The notes: generated by a model from the sequence alone, not told the origin. DNA of 64,000 nt from Candidatus Enterosoma merdigallinarum (GCA_018714385.1 DVNL01000002.1:27619-91618), one strand, 5' to 3'; counted from the stretch's first letter, positions 37,345-48,262 are shown. Program-made: numbers and translations.

Positions 37345-37653
37345 ATGGATATCTTGAAAAGAATTCGTTGTTTGCAGGAAGAGCGGCATTGGTCTCTGTA
37401 TAGGCTTTCGTTGGAGGCTGGCTTGACTCAATCGACACTGAACAATATGTTCAAAAGAAAAACGGATCCTTCGATCAAAACGTTGGAAGCTTTATGTGAT
37501 GCTTTTGGTATTTCGTTGTCAGATTTCTTTTCTGAGGGTGACAACAATATTTCGATATCGGGCGAGGAAAAAAGACTTATTGATGATGTTCGCAGTTTGC
37601 CGCCGAAAGAACGGAAAGCCGTTATGGCCCTTATTGAAGCATTATCTAAGTGA
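37345..37653 (+). CDS. XRE-family HTH protein, likely R-M controller (C) protein
   Basis: 102 aa. HTH WSLYRLSLEAGLTQSTLNNMFKRK. Divergently transcribed from the M-R operon. Confidence 0.6.
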   Translation: MDILKRIRCLQEERHWSLYRLSLEAGLTQSTLNNMFKRKTDPSIKTLEALCDAFGISLSDFFSEGDNNISISGEEKRLIDDVRSLPPKERKAVMALIEALSK

Positions 37654-37966
37654 TTTTTAGCTAATACAAAAGTTATTAGATGTTTTTATCAGATGATTTT
37701 ATATTCGATTGGCACAAAGAAATATGCGGTTGGAATTGGCATATAGAAGATTGGGTGGATGAAGAAAAGTGATTTTTATTTAACAATAGGAGTTGGATAA
37801 TCTTAGGCAAGCGGAAATCAATGAAATTTCTGTTTCAATATTGTCTATTTCGAAAGGCCAGTACCATATCACAACTTTACTTTTATACCCTCTTTGTCTT
37901 TGTATATTTTGTAAAGGAATCACCCCATTGGAAAAACGGCAGACAAACTGGGCTTTTGAAAGTGAT

Positions 37967-38998
37967 TTATTTTGCTACCAAGCCCAGATAATACTGTTTC
38001 CACAGCCGGTAGACGTTCTTCCGGCAATACTTTTCCCGGATTCTTTTGGAAAGATCGAGGCCTTCCGAATACTTCTCTTTGTCTTTGGAAAGCTCACGGA
38101 TTGTTTTTGAGAAGGAGGAGACGTCTGCGGCCTTGAAATAGTCTCCAAGGAGAATGGGACGATAGAGATCGAGATCCCGGACGAGATAGGGGATGCCGAC
38201 CGAGCAGGCCTCCAAAAGGGACATCGGGAAAAGCTCATTGAAGCTCGGAAGGAAAAAGAGATCCGAAAGAGCATAATAGTCGGGCATTTTCTCCCTTTTG
38301 ACGATGCCGACGAAGCGGACGTTTTCCCTCTTTTTTTCCATCTCCTTCTTCAACTCGGCATATCCGTCCGTGATGGCCTTGAAAGAGAAACCGCCTAGCC
38401 ATAGGAAGAAGATGTCGGGGTTTTCTTCCGCGACATGGAGGAAATCGAGGACGCCTTTCCGGGTCTGGACCTGGCCGACGCCGATGACGACGAAACGGTC
38501 TTCCGGAATATCGTAGAGTTTCCGGAGAGCGAATTTTCTTTCGTAAGTGACCTGATGGAAGAGCCGTTCGTCGACGAAGTTCGGGATATAGGTGATGTTT
38601 TCCTCTTGGATGCCAAGCTTTTTCAAGGGGGCGATGAAGCAAGGGTTGACGACGACGAGCTTTTTCGCCCTTTTGTAGAAGGAGACGACATAACGGCAGA
38701 AGAGCGAGAATATCGGGCGGGGAAGGCGGATGGACCCTTTCAACGTCTCCGGAAGGAAGTGGACGTAGCAGACGGAGAGCGTCTTTTTGTTCATCTTGAA
38801 ATAGAAACCGGGATTGACGGAATGGACGTGGACGATGTCCGCCTTCTTCGTGCTTTGGTTGACCATCACCTCGAAGTCGTCCATGCCGAAGTCCTCGATG
38901 AGGGCCTTCTGCTCCAGATAGGCCGAACCGACGCCTTGGGCAGGGGCGGAGGTGGCGTGGGAGAGCATGTCGATGACGATTTTTCTTTTATGCGGCAC
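37967..38998 (-). CDS. GT4-family glycosyltransferase (second copy, possible glycolipid synthase)
   Basis: GT-B C-terminal motif FFLPSFNELFPMSLLEACSVGIPYL. I place the start at GTG 38998, preceded by AGGAGG. The ORF track extends to 39034. Confidence 0.7.
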   Translation of the reverse strand: MPHKRKIVIDMLSHATSAPAQGVGSAYLEQKALIEDFGMDDFEVMVNQSTKKADIVHVHSVNPGFYFKMNKKTLSVCYVHFLPETLKGSIRLPRPIFSLFCRYVVSFYKRAKKLVVVNPCFIAPLKKLGIQEENITYIPNFVDERLFHQVTYERKFALRKLYDIPEDRFVVIGVGQVQTRKGVLDFLHVAEENPDIFFLWLGGFSFKAITDGYAELKKEMEKKRENVRFVGIVKREKMPDYYALSDLFFLPSFNELFPMSLLEACSVGIPYLVRDLDLYRPILLGDYFKAADVSSFSKTIRELSKDKEKYSEGLDLSKRIREKYCRKNVYRLWKQYYLGLVAK

Positions 38999-40232
38999 GA
39001 TATTCCTCCTTTTCCGCTTCCGTGAGGGTGGCATCCCGCTTTTTCAGACGGACGTTGATGATTTCGTGACAGACGATCATGATGACGACGAAGGCGAAGG
39101 TGAAGAAAGGAAGGATGCCGTAATTGTCTCCGAGAGAACGGGCGGTCAGGGCGAAGAGGGGAGGGATGGAGAGGTTTCCCAGATAGGCGATCGCCATCTC
39201 AAGCCCCATCGCCCGCTGCGAGGCCGTCCGGGAGAAGCGATATGGCGTCGAACGGATGATGGCAGGATAGATCGGGGCGCAGCCGATTCCGGTCAGGACG
39301 AAGCCGATGACGGCGGCATAGCCATCTATCGGGATGAGGCAGAGGAGGATTCCCGAAAGGGCGAGGGCCTCCCCGATCCGGATCATGGTTTTCTCGTGGC
39401 ACTTCAGGGAAAGGGGGCCACTGAGGAACCTTCCTATGGTGATGCCGATATAAAAAGTCGAGCCAAGGCTTGCCGAGAGGGAGGTATCCAGGCCTTTCTC
39501 CTTGTTCAAAAAAGTCGAAAGCCACAGGCCTGTCGTGCCTTCCATGGCACAGTAGCAGAAGAAGCCTGCCATGGAGAGATAGAAGACGGGATTTGAGAAA
39601 AGCGTCTTGAGAGAGAAGGGGGCCGTCTCCACTTCGTCGAGAAGGCCTTTCGTCAGCGCCAGCTTCCTTTCGACACGATTCCATAGAGGCAACGAGCAAA
39701 GAAGGAGGAACGTTATCCCGAAGAGAAGGAGGGAGACGATGAGGATGCCTTTGTTCCATCCGGCGGAGTTGTTTCCCGAATCGATCATGGAACCGATGAT
39801 GAGGGGCGATATCGTCGTTCCGACTCCCCAACAGCAATGGAGCCAGTTCATATGGATGGCTTTGTAGTGGAGGGCGACGAAGTTGTTGAGCGCAGCGTCC
39901 ACGCCGCCGGCGCCAAGTCCCATCACAAGGGCGATGGGGAAGAAGGCCCAGACGTGCCCGGAATCGACGAAAGAAAAGAGAAGGAGGCCAAGGCCTGTCA
40001 GGAAGATGGAAACGGTCGTGACCCACTTTGTCGTGAAACGTCGGATCAGGGCATCCGACAGCAAGGAAGAGATGATTGTCCCGAAAGAGACGATCGGGGC
40101 AAGATAGCCGGCCATGTCCGACGACACGCCGAGATTTTCGGCGATGGCAGGAAACGAGGAGCCGAGAGCCGAATCGGGGAAGCCGAGAGCCATGAACGTC
40201 ACGTAGATGATCACAAGCAAGGAAAAGAGCAT
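38988..40232 (-). CDS. MFS transporter
   Basis: 414 aa with 12 predicted TM segments and MFS-like loop motifs. Confidence 0.75.
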   Translation of the reverse strand: MLFSLLVIIYVTFMALGFPDSALGSSFPAIAENLGVSSDMAGYLAPIVSFGTIISSLLSDALIRRFTTKWVTTVSIFLTGLGLLLFSFVDSGHVWAFFPIALVMGLGAGGVDAALNNFVALHYKAIHMNWLHCCWGVGTTISPLIIGSMIDSGNNSAGWNKGILIVSLLLFGITFLLLCSLPLWNRVERKLALTKGLLDEVETAPFSLKTLFSNPVFYLSMAGFFCYCAMEGTTGLWLSTFLNKEKGLDTSLSASLGSTFYIGITIGRFLSGPLSLKCHEKTMIRIGEALALSGILLCLIPIDGYAAVIGFVLTGIGCAPIYPAIIRSTPYRFSRTASQRAMGLEMAIAYLGNLSIPPLFALTARSLGDNYGILPFFTFAFVVIMIVCHEIINVRLKKRDATLTEAEKEEYRAA

Positions 40233-40309
40233 GCCTGACCTCCCATTTTCCTTAAATTATAGAGTAAACTAAAACATTGCAGTAGCGATAAGTGAGAAAG
40301 GAGTCCTCT

Positions 40310-41812
40310 ATGGACAAAGAATTGGAAAGACTCAATGCCCTGCTTGCTAAAAGGGACAGGATTCGACACATGCTTTCCGTCATCGCCTATGACAACGAAA
40401 CGGCATGCCCGGAAGGCGGAATGGAAGAAGACGGAGAGGATATCGTCGCCCTTTCCGAACAGATTTATCGCATCGAGAAGAGCGAGGAATTCATCTCCCT
40501 GGTAAAAAGTCTCCATCGCCGATCGGATTTTGACGCTTTCGAAAACCGCCTCCTTCACAACCTCGACCTGGAAATCCGGAAAAACGAAAAGGTCTCGCCG
40601 GAGCTTCGTCGAGAAATGGACGAGCTCTTTCAGGATGCCTATCGCATCTGGGCGAAGGCTAGGGATAAGAACGATTATGCCATTTTTGCTCCGATGCTGG
40701 AAAAGATCGCAGCCATCTCCAAGAAAGTCGTCTCGTTGCGTCAGGATTATGATCCGGAAGACCCCTACCAATCTTTGATCGATGATTACGAAGAAGGATT
40801 TACGACAGAAGACCTGGATCTATTCTTTGATGAATTGGAAAAAGGCATATTGCCGCTTCTTGACCAGATAAGAAAAGCGGACTATGTTCCTCGCCATGAT
40901 TTCCTCTCCAGACCGGTTCCGATCCATAAACAGGAAGCCTTCAGCCGCTTCCTTCTTGAGCGGAACGGGTTCGATTTCAAGCGCGGGTCTCTCTCCACGA
41001 CCATCCATCCCTTCACGAGTCAGATCGGGAAGGACGACGTGCGCGTGACGACCCATTATCATGAAGATCAGTTCCTCTCCAACATGTTCACCATCATCCA
41101 TGAGGGCGGACATGCCATCTTCGGGCAGAATCTCCCCGAAAGATGCTTCACCTCCCACCTCGGGGAAGGATCCCTTTCGATGGGGAAGCATGAATCCGTC
41201 TCCCGTTTCTACGAAAACCTCATCGGGCGCAGCCAAAACTACATCCATGCCATCTATCCTTTCTTCCATGACCTTTTCAAGGAAGAGATGGGGGATGTCA
41301 GCGAGGAGGATCTCTATGAAGGGGCAAACTGCGTCTTTCTCGACAACGCGATCCGGACGGAGGCCGACGAACTGACCTATTCCCTCCACATCATCGTGCG
41401 CTACCGGCTTGAGAAAGCCATCATGAACGGCGAGGTCGACTTCGCCACTCTCGACGTCGCTTGGGCTGATCTCTACGAGAAGATGCTCGGAATCCGTCCC
41501 AAGGATGCCTTGACGGGGATTCTCCAGGACGTCCACTGGACCTCCGGCTTCGGTTACTTCCCGACCTATGCCATCGGAAACGCGCTCGGCGCCATGTATC
41601 TGGAGAGGATGCGAAAAGAAATCGACGTCGACTCCCTCGTGCGGGAAGGAAACATGGAAGCGATACGGCATTGGATGAGCGAGAACGTGTTCAAGAGGGC
41701 GCCGCTTCTCGACACGAAGCATTGGATCCAGGAGATCACGGGAAGACGCTTTTCTGCAAAGCCCTACATCGCCTACCTGACGAAGAAATTCAGCCGGCTT
41801 TATCGTCTATAG
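40310..41812 (+). CDS. M32-family carboxypeptidase (Taq-type metallocarboxypeptidase)
   Basis: Motifs HPF (TIHPFTS), HEGGHA, IRTEADELTY and GILQDVHW. The start at 40310 follows RBS AAAGGAG. Confidence 0.88.
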   Translation: MDKELERLNALLAKRDRIRHMLSVIAYDNETACPEGGMEEDGEDIVALSEQIYRIEKSEEFISLVKSLHRRSDFDAFENRLLHNLDLEIRKNEKVSPELRREMDELFQDAYRIWAKARDKNDYAIFAPMLEKIAAISKKVVSLRQDYDPEDPYQSLIDDYEEGFTTEDLDLFFDELEKGILPLLDQIRKADYVPRHDFLSRPVPIHKQEAFSRFLLERNGFDFKRGSLSTTIHPFTSQIGKDDVRVTTHYHEDQFLSNMFTIIHEGGHAIFGQNLPERCFTSHLGEGSLSMGKHESVSRFYENLIGRSQNYIHAIYPFFHDLFKEEMGDVSEEDLYEGANCVFLDNAIRTEADELTYSLHIIVRYRLEKAIMNGEVDFATLDVAWADLYEKMLGIRPKDALTGILQDVHWTSGFGYFPTYAIGNALGAMYLERMRKEIDVDSLVREGNMEAIRHWMSENVFKRAPLLDTKHWIQEITGRRFSAKPYIAYLTKKFSRLYRL

Positions 41813-41837
41813 AAAAGCCCTTCTCGACGGAAGGGCT
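41811..41837 (-). terminator. terminator of the xylose operon, shared convergent site
   Basis: 8-bp stem AGCCCTTC/GAAGGGCT with a T-run on the minus strand. Confidence 0.6.
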
Positions 41838-41866
41838 GAAAGTCATAGCGATCGTTTCTGGAGAGG

Positions 41867-43288
41867 CTATTCCAAGGTGAAGTCGTAGAAGGAGAAGTGT
41901 CCCTTTCCTTCGAAGGTGAAGAAGAGGGCGGAAACGTCCTTGGAAGGCTTGAAGTCGGCCTTGAAAGCCGTTTTCTTCGAGGTGGGGGAGATGGGGATGG
42001 CCGCAAGGACTGTCCCCTTTTCGCCGTCCTTGACGTAGACTGTCCCCTTGGCTCTTCCTTTGATGGTGACGGAGAGAGAATGGACGTCCTCCGGGAAGCG
42101 GAAGTACTTGTATCCGATGATGGCGTGCTTTGTGACGTTGCGGATGTATTGGGATTCCCGGTCGTCGTTGTCCTTGTCCTCCTGGGTCAGATAGGCATGG
42201 CTCGGGGCGGGGCGGCGAAGGACCTTGTAGAAGAAGGCGCCAAGATCGGAATAGAGATTGCAGCAGATTGCCGCCTTGTATGTCCCCTTGCCTTCCAGGG
42301 GTTTGCCGTTGAGTCCCTGGGAGGTCATTTCCGCCTGCTTGAAGTGGAGCCCGTCGAAGGCGATCTCCTCGGCGCACATCTGCCTGGCGAAGGAGTTCTT
42401 GTTGGTCTGGCGATGATAGAAGATGTAATACTTGCCGTTCAGGCAAAGGAGGCTTCCGTGGTTGTTGCCGTAGTAGTTCGTCTTCTTCTCGCCCAGACCG
42501 CCGTCGCAGTTGGAGATCAGGACGCCGCCGTAGGAGAAGTCCCTGTCGGGATGGTCGCTGATGGCATAGCAGAGCTCATGGTTGGCGAAAGAGGAATAGA
42601 TGAAGTAGTAGCGGCCGTTGATCTTGCGCATCGAGGAGGCCTCGAAGAACTCATGGCCTTCGAATTCCGTCCCCTTGGCGTTGTGGATCGTCTTGCAGAT
42701 GTAGCTCGGTCCGTTCTTGATGGTCAGCATGTCGTCTTCGAGCTCGAATACCATCGCACCCTTGTCGGTGTTCTTCTTGCCCTTGAGGCCGAAGCGCTGC
42801 ACGGAGCCATAGCCGGAATAGAGATAGATCTTTCCGTCGTCATCGATGAAGATGGCCGGGTCGAACTGGATGTATTCCTTCTTGTCTCCCAGCGTGACGC
42901 CGTCGTTGTATCTCACGTATCCGTAGAAGTGGAACGGTCCGTCGGGCTTGTCGCTCTTGGCGACGGCGATGTGGCCATAGAAGCCGAGGGTGTAGTAGAG
43001 ATAATAGTTGCCGTCCTTGCCTTTGGCGCAGTCGGGGGCATACATGACGTTGACGAAGCCGCCCTTGTATTCCTTGTCTTCCGCCTTTCGATAGGAGATG
43101 CCCTTGGTGGACCAGTCGGAAAGGTCGTCCACAGGGCAGGAATAGACGATGTAGTCGTTCAGGCAAAAGGAGATGCCGCCGAACTTGTCGTGGCTTCCGT
43201 AGACGTAGACGCGATCGCCGAAGACATGGGGTTCGGGATCGGGGATGTATTCGTTGGTGGGCAGGATCGGATTCGTAATCTGTTTCAT
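41867..43288 (-). CDS. glycoside hydrolase family 43 (beta-xylosidase / alpha-L-arabinofuranosidase type)
   Basis: 473 aa. N-terminal NPILPTNEYIPDPEPHVFGDRVYVYGSHD, five-bladed propeller pattern, C-terminal beta-sandwich. Confidence 0.8.
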   Translation of the reverse strand: MKQITNPILPTNEYIPDPEPHVFGDRVYVYGSHDKFGGISFCLNDYIVYSCPVDDLSDWSTKGISYRKAEDKEYKGGFVNVMYAPDCAKGKDGNYYLYYTLGFYGHIAVAKSDKPDGPFHFYGYVRYNDGVTLGDKKEYIQFDPAIFIDDDGKIYLYSGYGSVQRFGLKGKKNTDKGAMVFELEDDMLTIKNGPSYICKTIHNAKGTEFEGHEFFEASSMRKINGRYYFIYSSFANHELCYAISDHPDRDFSYGGVLISNCDGGLGEKKTNYYGNNHGSLLCLNGKYYIFYHRQTNKNSFARQMCAEEIAFDGLHFKQAEMTSQGLNGKPLEGKGTYKAAICCNLYSDLGAFFYKVLRRPAPSHAYLTQEDKDNDDRESQYIRNVTKHAIIGYKYFRFPEDVHSLSVTIKGRAKGTVYVKDGEKGTVLAAIPISPTSKKTAFKADFKPSKDVSALFFTFEGKGHFSFYDFTLE

Positions 43289-43296
43289 TTTCTACC

Positions 43297-44757
43297 TCAC
43301 TGAATCTTGTTGCGGAGATAGAGATCTTTGTAGGCTTGGAATTTCTTTTTGTAGATGGCGTGCTTGTTCTTGTCGGGATGATAGACGTCCTTGTCTCGTA
43401 TGAGCGCATCGCAGGCTTCTTCGATGGAATGATAGCGACCATCTCCGACCATGGCAAGGATGATGGCACCCAAGGCACCGCCGTCATTCGTCGTGATCGT
43501 CTTGATGTCGATGTCGAAGATATCGGCAAGAATCTGAAGAAGGCGCTTCGATTTGCTGCCGCCTCCGATGACGCGGGAGGAACTCACGTGGAGCCCGAGG
43601 TCGCACATGGCGTTGTAGACATCGTACAAGGAGAAGCAGATGCCTTCGACGACGGCCTTGATGATGTCTTCCCTCTTGTAGAAGAGAGACAGATTGGCAA
43701 GGTATCCTTTGGCCTTCGTGTCGTTGATCGGACTTCTTTCCCCGGTCAGATAGGGCAGGAAGAGGATGTCCGACACTCTTTCGGGCATGCTCTCCAGCTC
43801 GGTCACGAAGTCGGTCGTATGGAGAACTTCCTCCAGGAACCACTTCAAGGAGCCCATGGCCGAGAGGGTGCACCCCATCAGATGGAACTTCGACGTGGCG
43901 TGCCGGAAGGAATGGACTCTTCCCAGGGAATCGAAGGAGTAATTGTCGATCGGGGCGAAGACCGTTCCCGAGGTGCCAAGCGAGATGGAAATCTCGTTTT
44001 CATGGATGGCGGCTGTCCCGATCGCGCCGACGGCCTGGTCTCCTCCGCCGATGACGACTTTCGTGCCGTGGGAGAGGCCGACTTGGTCGGCGATGGCCGG
44101 CAGGACCGTTCCGATGACGTCGTAGCTGTTTTTGATTTCCGGGAGCTGCCTCTTCTGTATGCCGAGGATATCCAGGAGGTAATCGGAGTAGCACCGTCTT
44201 TGGACGTCAAAGAAAAGCGTCCCGGAAAGATCGGAGACGTCGCTTGCGAAGACACGTGTCAGCCGATAGGCGAGATAGTCCTTCGGAAGCATGATCTTGG
44301 CGATGCGATCGAAGTTGTCTTCCTCGTGCTTCTTCAACCACAAAAGCTTAGGGGCGGTAAAACCGCACAAAGCGATATTGCCGGTCTCCCTAAGCAGGAC
44401 TTCCTTCGTGATGACGTTGTTGAGATAGTCGACTTCTTCTTCCGTGCGCGAGTCGTTCCATAATATCGCCGGACGGATGACTCGGTCGTACTTGTCGAGG
44501 ATGACAAGGCCGTGCATCTGGCCGGAAAAGGACAGGGAAGCGACGCGGCTGAGATCGTTTCGCCGATGTAAAGCTTTGAGGGCGTCGATGCAAGAGAGAT
44601 ACCAATCGTCCGGATTCTGCTCTGCCCAGTTGACCTTCGGGAGCGAGAGCGGATAGTCGCGGCTTTCCGTGTCCAGGATCTTGCCGCCCTCATCGGCCAG
44701 GGAGAGCTTGATGGAGGAGGTTCCCAGATCGACGCCCAGATAAAGTTTACTTGGCAT
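43297..44757 (-). CDS. xylB: xylulokinase
   Basis: FGGY kinase. The start [17 protein letters not shown] at 44757 overlaps the xylA stop by 11 nt. The longer tracked ORF (to 44940) reads through the xylA 3' end. Confidence 0.88.
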   Translation of the reverse strand: MPSKLYLGVDLGTSSIKLSLADEGGKILDTESRDYPLSLPKVNWAEQNPDDWYLSCIDALKALHRRNDLSRVASLSFSGQMHGLVILDKYDRVIRPAILWNDSRTEEEVDYLNNVITKEVLLRETGNIALCGFTAPKLLWLKKHEEDNFDRIAKIMLPKDYLAYRLTRVFASDVSDLSGTLFFDVQRRCYSDYLLDILGIQKRQLPEIKNSYDVIGTVLPAIADQVGLSHGTKVVIGGGDQAVGAIGTAAIHENEISISLGTSGTVFAPIDNYSFDSLGRVHSFRHATSKFHLMGCTLSAMGSLKWFLEEVLHTTDFVTELESMPERVSDILFLPYLTGERSPINDTKAKGYLANLSLFYKREDIIKAVVEGICFSLYDVYNAMCDLGLHVSSSRVIGGGSKSKRLLQILADIFDIDIKTITTNDGGALGAIILAMVGDGRYHSIEEACDALIRDKDVYHPDKNKHAIYKKKFQAYKDLYLRNKIQ

Positions 44758-46069
44758 AGACGGAGAACATGATGTTGTTGACGACTTCTTCCAGGTATTC
44801 CTGGCGTCCGGACTCGACGGGGAAATCGCTCTTGGCTTCGGCATAGCTTGCCAGCTCCTCGAGGTCGGTCGTCCCCTCGACGATCTTCTTTCCGATGCCT
44901 TCCCTGTAGGAGCGATAACGATTGTTGACAAACTCGGCAAGCCTTCCGTCGTCGATCATCTTGACGGCGATTCGGAGGCCGAGGGCGAAGGTGTCCATGC
45001 CGGTGATGTAGGCCAAAAGGATGTCCTCCAAAGTGTTGGACTGTCTCCTGGTCTTGGCGTCGAAGTTCAGACCGCCGTTCTTGAATCCGCCTTCGAGGAG
45101 GATCTCGTACATCGCCAAGGCGGCATCGTGGACGTTGAAGGGGAATTCGTCGGTATCCCATCCCAGAAGCATATCGCCCTGGTTGGCATCGATGGATCCG
45201 AAGACGCCGTTGATCCTTGCCGTCCTCAGCTCATGGTTGAATTCATGCATGGCCAAGGTGGCGTGGTTGGCTTCAATGTTGAGACGAAAATCATCCATCA
45301 GGTTGTACTTCCTCAGGAAGTTGCAGCACGTGGCGGCATCGAAGTCGTACTGATGCTTGGTCGGCTCCTTCGGCTTGGGTTCCAAAAGGAAGTCGCCGGT
45401 GAAGCCTTTCTTGCGTCCGTAGTCTCTCGCCATGGTCAAGAACCGGGCGAGATTGTCGTTTTCGAGAGCCATGTCGGTGTTGAGGAGCGTATCGTAGCCT
45501 TCTCTTCCGCCCCAGAAGACGAAAGAAGTGCCGCCCAGCTTGATGTCGGCATCAATGCAGGCCTTGACCTTGGCCGCGGCAGCGGCGAAGATGTCGGCGT
45601 TGGGGGAGGTGGCGGCTCCCGCCATGAACTTCTTGTCGCCGAAATTGTTGGCCGTGTCCCAAAGAAGCTTCTTGTTGTGCTTTTCCTGCAGCTCCTTGAG
45701 ATAGTCGACCATCTCGCGGAAATTTTCCAGGCTTTCCTTCAGCGTCTTGCCCTCGGGAGCGATGTCCACGTCATGGAAGCAGTAGTAGTCGATGGAAAGC
45801 TTGTCCATCAGCTCAAAGGCGAAATCCGCCTTCTTCCGATAGATGGCCATGGGATCGGTTTCCCCGAAGTTCTTGTCTTCGGTGGAGCCGCCGAACATGT
45901 CCGCTCCGCAGTAGTCGATGGTGTGCCAATAGGAAAGGGCGAATTTGAGGTGTTCCCGCATTGTCTTGCCCAAGATGACTTCGTCCGGATTGTAATATTT
46001 GAAGGCGAAAGGCTCCTTGGACTGAGGACCCAAATAGTCGATCTTTTTGATTTCTGAGTATTTTTTCAT
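44747..46069 (-). CDS. xylA: xylose isomerase
   Basis: Class II XylA blocks [15 protein letters not shown]-like [16 protein letters not shown] and [10 protein letters not shown]. Met at 46069 has the better RBS. An alternative start lies at 46087. Confidence 0.95.
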   Translation of the reverse strand: MKKYSEIKKIDYLGPQSKEPFAFKYYNPDEVILGKTMREHLKFALSYWHTIDYCGADMFGGSTEDKNFGETDPMAIYRKKADFAFELMDKLSIDYYCFHDVDIAPEGKTLKESLENFREMVDYLKELQEKHNKKLLWDTANNFGDKKFMAGAATSPNADIFAAAAAKVKACIDADIKLGGTSFVFWGGREGYDTLLNTDMALENDNLARFLTMARDYGRKKGFTGDFLLEPKPKEPTKHQYDFDAATCCNFLRKYNLMDDFRLNIEANHATLAMHEFNHELRTARINGVFGSIDANQGDMLLGWDTDEFPFNVHDAALAMYEILLEGGFKNGGLNFDAKTRRQSNTLEDILLAYITGMDTFALGLRIAVKMIDDGRLAEFVNNRYRSYREGIGKKIVEGTTDLEELASYAEAKSDFPVESGRQEYLEEVVNNIMFSVYAK

Positions 46070-46151
46070 TGGAATGAATCCTTTCATCTAATTTTAATAC
46101 ACTGCGCCAGGAGTGGAGGAAAAACCTGGCGCAGCGTGGGAAGAAAACGAA

Positions 46152-48260
46152 TCAGTAGGGATAGAAGGGCAAGTCGGACTGCGAGCAGTCGGTGACGTTG
46201 TAGAAGGTCTTGGTGGACCACTGCCACTGGTTGACGCTGTCAGTGCCGACCAATCCCGTCAGCGTGAGGGTGGTGTCGTTGTCCCAACGGTAGGAGCACT
46301 GCATGTACTGGTTGTTGCTGTTGCCTTGGTAGACGAAGTGCCAGAGGACGGTGACCATGTTGGGATCTTCGCCGAAGATGAAGAAGGTGTCCGTATCCTG
46401 GTTGGTGCTGTTGGCCAGAGTCGAGCTGCGCATGAAGATCTCGGCAGTGATCTCGAGACTGCCGTCTCTTTCGATGATGTTGAGGGTTTCAGGGAGCAGG
46501 CCATAGGCCGTATCGCTTCCGGAGGTCTTGTCGCCGACAATGATGGTGGCAAGGCCCTTGTCACCTTCCATGGTGATGTTGAAGGTGGCCGTCTCGGTTC
46601 CGGCGGTGATGGTGGCGGAAGTGGGGGAGGTGATGACGACGGAGACATCCTGGCCGTCGAAGGAACCCGTCAAGGTGTTGTCGGCGGCGCCGAGCTTGTA
46701 GGTGACGGGCATCTTGTAGTCTTTGCCGTTGGTCAGATGGAAGGTGATGCAGTTGTTGTCGTAGTCGAACTCGTGCTCGATGGTGGCAGGATCGATGGAT
46801 TCGGTCTTCGTCTCCGTCTTTCTCGTGACGCGGATACCGGTCGGATCGAACAGGTCGACGTAGCGGTATTCCTTCTTGACTTCGCTGGCGGAGGTGTCGA
46901 AGACGTATTCGGCGGTATCCTCGCCGACGGTGATGGTGACGGCCGTCTCGAAGGGCTCTTCGCCCTCGGACTCATTGAGCCAGCTGGCCTTGACTTCCTG
47001 CTCGCCGGCCTTGGTCATGTCGGGCATGGTCCAGGTGACTTCATCGGGATTGAGGATGGAGGAATGTCTTAAGTCGTTGCGGATGACGTTGACCGTCCAA
47101 GTGCTCGTGTCGAATTCTTCGCGGAATTCATAGTTCAGATCCGCATCGCCGTAGTCCAGATAGATGCCGATGGCAGGGGTGTAGAGGAAGCCGTTCATCT
47201 TCGTGGTTCTTCCGCCGTTGACGGAAGTTCTCAAGTCGCCCATGTAATCGTAGTAGGAAGTGTTGCCGGCCGATTCGCAGACCATGTCGTTGCCTGCGGT
47301 GTCCTTGAGGACCAGGCAGGGCGTTCCGCTGGCGGTACGGTTGTACCAGTAGCCGTAGATGGGCGTTCCGGCGGCCGTGCCGTTGTAAAGGCCGTCTTCC
47401 CAGAGGTAGATGTAGGAGTAGGTATAGGTGAAGTTGCCTTGATAGGCTTCCGTGTATTTGCCTTCGAATTCGTAGACCTTGTGGTGCAGGAAGCGGTTTG
47501 GCGAGGCGGAGACGTTGTTGATGATCTGCTCGGCCGTGGCTTCCTTGTAGGGGTGGGTGTCTTCCTGCCAGATGACGCTGGCGGGATCGAAGTCGTAGTC
47601 GATGGTCTTGTCCTGCCATTCCTTCTGGATGTCGTCGAGGACGACCGTCTGGCCGGGGTTCTGGCCTTTGGTACTGTTGTTGATTCCGACACCGGTGGAG
47701 ACCGCGGCGACGATGGCGACGACGGCGACCAAGCTTCCGGAAGTGATCTTGATGATGTTCTTCTTGGAGAAGCGGCCTTCGGCTTTGATCTTCTCCTCAG
47801 TCTCTTCCTCGCCCTTCTTTGTCAGAAGGCCAAGGAACGTGGCGACGATGGCGGAGATGAGGATGACGAACAGAGTGATGAGGTAGAAGAGGTTGAGCGG
47901 GAAGTTTCCGCCCTGATAGGCGATGCCGTTGATCTGGTCGACGATGAGGTTGGGGATGAGGTAGATTTCCTTCATCAAGGCGACAGAATAGGCGGCGATG
48001 GCGAGAATGTGGACGAACTTGTATTCGACGAAGACGAGGGTCAGGATGTCCAGGACCGCGCCGAGGAAGAGGCCGATGCCGATAAGCTCCGGCAGATTTC
48101 CCGTGGCGTTGTTGGCCATGGCGCCCTGATAGGTGCAGAAGAAGACGATGCCAAGGACGATGGCGAGGACGATATCGGCGATGACGATGTAGAATCCGAC
48201 CGCCTTGCCCTTGAAGAATTCGGGGACTTTCGTCTTAAAGAACTCGGTTATCTTTTGCAT
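46152..48260 (-). CDS. multi-TM protein with a large extracytoplasmic Ig-like region, function unknown
   Basis: 702 aa. About 5 N-terminal TM helices plus one more after a charged linker. The ~500-aa exported region includes a bacterial Ig-like segment (YRYVDLFDPTGIRVTRK). The start abuts the GH3 stop with a 2-nt gap. Confidence 0.6.
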   Translation of the reverse strand: MQKITEFFKTKVPEFFKGKAVGFYIVIADIVLAIVLGIVFFCTYQGAMANNATGNLPELIGIGLFLGAVLDILTLVFVEYKFVHILAIAAYSVALMKEIYLIPNLIVDQINGIAYQGGNFPLNLFYLITLFVILISAIVATFLGLLTKKGEEETEEKIKAEGRFSKKNIIKITSGSLVAVVAIVAAVSTGVGINNSTKGQNPGQTVVLDDIQKEWQDKTIDYDFDPASVIWQEDTHPYKEATAEQIINNVSASPNRFLHHKVYEFEGKYTEAYQGNFTYTYSYIYLWEDGLYNGTAAGTPIYGYWYNRTASGTPCLVLKDTAGNDMVCESAGNTSYYDYMGDLRTSVNGGRTTKMNGFLYTPAIGIYLDYGDADLNYEFREEFDTSTWTVNVIRNDLRHSSILNPDEVTWTMPDMTKAGEQEVKASWLNESEGEEPFETAVTITVGEDTAEYVFDTSASEVKKEYRYVDLFDPTGIRVTRKTETKTESIDPATIEHEFDYDNNCITFHLTNGKDYKMPVTYKLGAADNTLTGSFDGQDVSVVITSPTSATITAGTETATFNITMEGDKGLATIIVGDKTSGSDTAYGLLPETLNIIERDGSLEITAEIFMRSSTLANSTNQDTDTFFIFGEDPNMVTVLWHFVYQGNSNNQYMQCSYRWDNDTTLTLTGLVGTDSVNQWQWSTKTFYNVTDCSQSDLPFYPY

Positions 48261-48262
48261 GG

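Larger units (their letters stand above)
34700..37960. mobile_element. AT-rich restriction-modification island, boundaries approximate
   Basis: AT-rich flanks. The three R-M genes use codons avoided by the core. It sits between pnp and the GT4/MFS genes. No recombinase was seen. Confidence 0.45.

Noticed and set aside
37680-37772. A 30-codon Trp-rich ORF (MFLSDDFIFDWHKEICGWNWHIEDWVDEEK) just downstream of the XRE HTH gene, considered as a peptide-pheromone gene.
   Set aside because: It has no RBS. The adjacent regulator is only 102 aa and lacks the TPR sensor domain of Rgg/ComR/PlcR-type receptors. It is probably a chance ORF in AT-rich DNA.
43297-44940. N-terminal extensions in the ORF track: xylB to 44940, rlmB from 30876, ychF from 57560, the sigma factor from 31661, tal to 63918, GH3 to 51241.
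   Set aside because: The extensions overlap upstream genes or lack an RBS. Internal Met codons with good Shine-Dalgarno sequences coincide with the conserved N-termini of the respective families.
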